A DNA stretch of 25,733 nt from a virus (lineage: Duplodnaviria; Caudoviricetes): the IMG/VR virus record IMGVR_UViG_3300020044_003610, positions 1 through 25,733 of that record; one strand, written 5' to 3'. This document shows positions 21,987-25,733 of this stretch, in pieces; positions within the stretch are counted from its first letter, which is position 1, and the number at the start of each line of letters is the position of its first letter. The position numbers and the translations under genes are program-made. Under the pieces are notes generated by a model. That model had not been told where the DNA came from, searched no databases, and saw nothing but the letters and a program-made list of their open reading frames with translations.

Positions 21987-23026
21987 ATTACCGAACGGAT
22001 GTGTGAATGAATCATACCATGAATCTGGTCGCCACCCAAATCTTCACCACCACCAACACCGCTTTCACTCACGGTTAGCGTAGATGAATACATCTTGCCG
22101 TCTGACACATCTCTGCGCCACATTGTGTAAGTGCCAAACGTAAAATCGGTGAGCGTACCGTCTGTGTTTAGCGTTCCCACATCAGGCAAGTGGATTACAT
22201 CGCCTGTAACGATATTAGTATCTTTACCTATCGAGAATTCACCACGATCCAGCGTTGCCATTGTGACCGGTGTATAACCGACTAAACTGTTTATCGTGGA
22301 TGTTTTGTTGCCGCTTAGAGTTCCGTCACCTACAGTGTAGGTTTGTACTCCTATTGCGGGGTAGATCTCACCATGCACAAACGTGGGCATTGACCACTCG
22401 AATGAATTTGCGCCAGTGTCGGTGATCGTTGCAGCTTTACCTGCGAATGTTAACGATGAGGCTGTACCTAGTCCAGTAGTCGTGCCGGTATAACCTGTGC
22501 CGCCTACGTTTACAGGGGATGATAGCGTGTCAAGTGACGCGGATGCACCCGCTGTGACATCAAGATAAAAGCCTCTGCGGGTATCGTTTGATACTGTACC
22601 AAGTCCAGACAAACTCGATGGCGCTGAACCAAAGGCTGCACCGACATAGGTGAATGACTTGACACCAGTGGAAGTCTCAAGCGATACGGCAGTGCTGTCA
22701 TGCTCGACTTGCACACCAATCCATAGCCAATCACCGTTGCTGTAAGTTGTTGCAGATGCGGGGGCTGCGCTTTTGTCCGCAATCACAAAGCTAGGGTCGC
22801 CAGTGTATTCGACTGACTCTCCTAATTTTGTTAGCGGTACTAAATCAGTGCCAGAATAAACAACAAAATTAAGACCAGCCCATGATGCGTTATAAGCCTG
22901 AATCCAGCCGTGTATTGTATTTACCGTTCCTGACGATGCCGCCTGCGGCAGTCGCTCAAGATAGATTCCACCAGCATCACTGCCGCTTGAGCCGGAAGGC
23001 TGCGCGCTGTTGCCATAGGTAGCCAT
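21983..23026 (-). CDS. Hypothetical S/T/G-rich, probably virion-associated protein (347 aa)
   Basis: TAATG-coupled ORF with beta-strand-like, Ig/jelly-roll-like composition. Function not recognised. Confidence 0.7.
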   Translation of the reverse strand: MATYGNSAQPSGSSGSDAGGIYLERLPQAASSGTVNTIHGWIQAYNASWAGLNFVVYSGTDLVPLTKLGESVEYTGDPSFVIADKSAAPASATTYSNGDWLWIGVQVEHDSTAVSLETSTGVKSFTYVGAAFGSAPSSLSGLGTVSNDTRRGFYLDVTAGASASLDTLSSPVNVGGTGYTGTTTGLGTASSLTFAGKAATITDTGANSFEWSMPTFVHGEIYPAIGVQTYTVGDGTLSGNKTSTINSLVGYTPVTMATLDRGEFSIGKDTNIVTGDVIHLPDVGTLNTDGTLTDFTFGTYTMWRRDVSDGKMYSSTLTVSESGVGGGEDLGGDQIHGMIHSHIRSVM

Positions 23027-23856
23027 TAGACGAACCCTCCGGTACTAATCTTGATATTGTCAAAATACATATCAAACGGAGCTGTTCCGTCTTGAGCGTA
23101 CCCACCGAAAGCGACTCGATCTAAAGACTTATTATTAGGGTTTCTATTGAACAAACCGGTACAATTTGCATAAACAACCCCGTCAATCTCAAGGTAAAAT
23201 GCACCGTTTGCTATCTCGTTGCCAGAAGTTGTTCCGGTGTTGAATTTCTGATGTATTTTTATATGCCTCATTGCCCCACCAGCAATGCCAGTGTAGTTTG
23301 CATTTTGAGGCGTGCTTATAACTGCCGTTGATCCATAACTGCGTCCAGAATACTGTGGATAAGTGCCATCCAAATAAATAACATTCTGGGCATCGTTTGT
23401 GAGAATCGCCCCATCACCAAACGAGATTGCGGGTAATACCCCTCCAGCAAGTAGACCGTATGTAGTGTTGGCATATCCGTAGGTGGCCTCTTCGCCCTCT
23501 AAATTTATGCCAAAGAATTTTATAAATTTACACCACTGGCCAACACTAAGTCTCGTATCGAGCTCAACATAAACATCTAGCGTGTTAGGGGGAAAAAAAT
23601 ATTCCAGCCATGTGTAACTATTTCCTGTTGCGGTGGGCACAGATGCTTTAAACTGACCTGCCGATATACTGATTGATCCACCACTCGCGGAACCAGACCC
23701 CCAGCTTGTATTTGGATATATTGAGGCTGGCACCAACTGTCCATCGGTAAAGTTTGCGGAGCCTATTAAGATTCCACCGCCGCCCTGCGCATTAGAGTTA
23801 AACTTCCCATTGCCACTAGCTGTGCCGGTTATCGTAATATTCGATTGTGCTGTCAT
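23026..23856 (-). CDS. Putative beta-jelly-roll polysaccharide lyase/lectin-like protein (276 aa)
   Basis: DVYVELDTRL...KFIKF, RHIKIHQKFNT...NGAFYLEIDG and terminal FGGY...MYFDNIKIS resemble ConA-like/polysaccharide-lyase jelly-roll domains. The CDS is solid; the function is tentative. Confidence 0.55.
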   Translation of the reverse strand: MTAQSNITITGTASGNGKFNSNAQGGGGILIGSANFTDGQLVPASIYPNTSWGSGSASGGSISISAGQFKASVPTATGNSYTWLEYFFPPNTLDVYVELDTRLSVGQWCKFIKFFGINLEGEEATYGYANTTYGLLAGGVLPAISFGDGAILTNDAQNVIYLDGTYPQYSGRSYGSTAVISTPQNANYTGIAGGAMRHIKIHQKFNTGTTSGNEIANGAFYLEIDGVVYANCTGLFNRNPNNKSLDRVAFGGYAQDGTAPFDMYFDNIKISTGGFV

Positions 23857-23863
23857 TGGTTAT

Positions 23864-24133
23864 TTACCAGACTATAGTTCCCGTTGATGCTGTTGCACTG
23901 ACTCGAATCTGCACCAGTCCGTATACAAAAGAAATACTCTGAATAGTGTTTGCCGGTATTGTACCCAGTGCCGCCCAACTAGATGATCCTGACAACTTAC
24001 CCTCAACCGTCAATGTATTCGCCCCATCGTTCTGAATCGAAATCTCACCATTGGGGTTGCTTGGGTCAATCGGTGTTTTCACATCGATTGTCTGAGGGTT
24101 GCCAGTGGTCACGCTGAATGTTTGTATGCTCAT
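23864..24133 (-). CDS. Small all-beta hypothetical protein (~89 aa)
   Basis: ATG at 24133 overlaps the portal stop (TGATG). ISIQNDGANTLTVEGKLSGSSSW...QIRVSAT suggests a small beta-sandwich. Confidence 0.7.
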   Translation of the reverse strand: MSIQTFSVTTGNPQTIDVKTPIDPSNPNGEISIQNDGANTLTVEGKLSGSSSWAALGTIPANTIQSISFVYGLVQIRVSATASTGTIVW

Positions 24134-25733
24134 CACATTAATCCTGAATTTTTAAGCGCCATACCGAGCGCGTTATCCTCACCAATGGAGGTGTCTGATA
24201 CTGTTTTGGCAGTTTGTGCTATTTGAGCAGCTTGTTCTTGCATCATAGCCGCCTGCTGCTGCTGTTGCTCAGCCGCTATGATTTCTTTAACTTCATCATC
24301 ACCACGGATCACGCGAGGATTAACACCCATCGCTTCAGCATACTCATCAAGCGCCTGTTGAGCATCGTACTTGTGGCGTGAATCTGGCCATATCTGTGCA
24401 ATCTCAGTGGCGAACCCTGTGAGGCGTTCCAATCCACCAACTGCAACCATACGCTGAGCTTGTGCGAGAATCGATACATACTGCACTGACATCTCGACAC
24501 CATTCATCTCCGGTGGCGGGGGTGGTAGCACCCCTGCACGCTGTAGAATGCTGAAGGTTCTGTCAATCAACGGATCTAGTAGCTCATTGTGTAGACGCTC
24601 AAGCACTGGCCCAAGCATCAACAATTTTTCTTCTTGCTTCTCAGCAACCTCACGCGCCGTGATCTGGCGCCTGTCACTGTTAATCATCATCAAGAATAAA
24701 TCTTCATAGAAGGTGCGTTTCACACGCTGCTCAACTTCTTGGTTCAAGCTGACCATCGCATTTAGATCTGGTCTAAACCCTTCATAGATAGACTTCACAC
24801 CTTGATTCTGCCCATCTACCCACACAATCTGACCGGGTTCTAAGTTACCACCAATCTGTGTTTTGAGTGACACATCACCCTGCATCGGTGGACGCACGAT
24901 CATGTCGAGCGCTTGATACTTGCGCTTCTCACCAAGTTGTAATGCTTTAGCATCACCGAGTGCGTCCATACCTGGACATGATGTTGCATAAATATCTTCG
25001 CCCGTTACATCCCATCGCGGTGCTAGAATCGGGAACTCATCGAATCCTGACTCATTTAAGAATAGAGTCTGGTCACCCTTGGTCGATGTCTCATAATAGA
25101 CTGATCTGAACTTTTTGTCTTTCGCCCATGGTGACTGTGAATCACGGTCGTCATTCGGTTCAATAGCGTGAACAATCGGAACCCATGCTTCAGTGTTACC
25201 ACGTTTCCATTGGTCATTGACAGCACTTGAACATTTCTCAGCACCATATTCTTTAATCAACTGACCTACTGTTTTCTCATACTCAAGGTAGAAAGTATCA
25301 ATTTCACTGAGTCCATTGGCGCCAATCATGTAGCTACCGACTGTGTACGGGCGACAACGAATCACGTTCTCATAGTCGAAGTACACACCCATCGGTGCAG
25401 TGCCGAACACCCCCAACTCTGAATAAACAGTGTGTAGTGCGTTGTAAGCGTTAGATTGACTGAACACTCGGTACATGATCGTTTGAACATCATTGAGCCA
25501 GCGCTTCACTGCTGAGTATTCATTCAACTCAACATTAGCGCATTGCAGCTTGAACCACGGACGCGCAGGTGATGTGATACCAGCCATCATACCCGCAGCC
25601 ATTGTGCGCGCAGCCATGCGTGATGTGTTGTTGTATTGGTTCTGTAGGTGTTGATAACCCTTGTTACGGTCACTGGTGAGAAATCGACCACGCGCTGCGA
25701 GATGATAGTCACTGAGTGACTGATACACAGGTA
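24133..25733 (-). CDS. Portal / head-tail connector (T7 gp8 / BPP-1 Bbp21-like), 5' end outside window
   Basis: LSDY...RGRF, GMMAGITSPARPWFKL, ELGVFGTA, FDEFPILAPRW and ITAREVAEKQEEKLLMLGPVLERLHNELLDPLIDRTF motifs. The frame is open to the window edge, so the GTG at 25728 is probably internal. Confidence 0.95.
   Translation of the reverse strand, partial: PVYQSLSDYHLAARGRFLTSDRNKGYQHLQNQYNNTSRMAARTMAAGMMAGITSPARPWFKLQCANVELNEYSAVKRWLNDVQTIMYRVFSQSNAYNALHTVYSELGVFGTAPMGVYFDYENVIRCRPYTVGSYMIGANGLSEIDTFYLEYEKTVGQLIKEYGAEKCSSAVNDQWKRGNTEAWVPIVHAIEPNDDRDSQSPWAKDKKFRSVYYETSTKGDQTLFLNESGFDEFPILAPRWDVTGEDIYATSCPGMDALGDAKALQLGEKRKYQALDMIVRPPMQGDVSLKTQIGGNLEPGQIVWVDGQNQGVKSIYEGFRPDLNAMVSLNQEVEQRVKRTFYEDLFLMMINSDRRQITAREVAEKQEEKLLMLGPVLERLHNELLDPLIDRTFSILQRAGVLPPPPPEMNGVEMSVQYVSILAQAQRMVAVGGLERLTGFATEIAQIWPDSRHKYDAQQALDEYAEAMGVNPRVIRGDDEVKEIIAAEQQQQQAAMMQEQAAQIAQTAKTVSDTSIGEDNALGMALKNSGLM

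Larger units (their letters stand above)
1..25733 (-). mobile_element. Podovirus-type phage/prophage virion morphogenesis operon (partial genome)
   Basis: All credible genes are co-oriented, with overlaps or gaps under about 60 bp, in portal-scaffold-capsid-tail-ejection-tailspike order. No host genes or integrase are visible, so free phage versus prophage cannot be decided. Confidence 0.95.

Noticed and set aside
24230-24530. Poly-Gln (ctg/ttg run) and poly-Pro tracts in the portal
   Set aside because: Ordinary low-complexity features of the portal C-terminal region in this family.
6023-25247. Short alternative-frame minus-strand ORFs nested in large genes (e.g. 6023-6211, 7217-7411, 13590-13949, 19915-20205, 22510-22782, 25056-25247)
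   Set aside because: Fully nested, with atypical composition and no family resemblance; expected by chance.
25726-25728. GTG at 25728 as the portal start codon
   Set aside because: The frame stays open to the window edge and portals of this family usually have additional N-terminal residues, so the gene is probably truncated by the window.
1-25733. CRISPR array, tRNA, intron/intein or repeated phage-RNAP promoters
   Set aside because: No intergenic gap exceeds about 60 bp. No spaced repeats or recurring promoter-like motif were seen, and no intein or homing-endonuclease motifs were recognised in the long ORFs.

Overview
The window is a continuous, tightly packed minus-strand virion morphogenesis operon of a short-tailed (podovirus-type) phage or prophage. 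Its gene order resembles Bordetella phage BPP-1 and T7-style structural modules. In transcription order (right to left): portal (truncated at the window edge), a ~5 kb block of five unassigned beta-rich genes, a Bbp19-like small protein, scaffold, major capsid protein, Bbp16-like cement protein, a terminator, two small apparent paralogues, tail adaptor, tail nozzle, a GNAT-like gp13-type protein, two internal/ejection proteins, a 2950-aa large polyvalent protein, and a tailspike that runs off the left edge and is missing from the supplied ORF track. Two things stand out. (1) The giant internal virion protein carries a ~1050-aa cassette of effector-like modules: GNAT, two ADP-ribosyltransferase-like domains (one lacking the conserved His), and LPD23 plus a HEXXH peptidase. 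(2) The five-gene block between portal and scaffold includes a polysaccharide-lyase/lectin-like jelly-roll protein and a chimeric fibre-like protein, suggesting a possible head-displayed glycan-binding apparatus. All family assignments come from motif recognition by eye and gene order; no database search was run.
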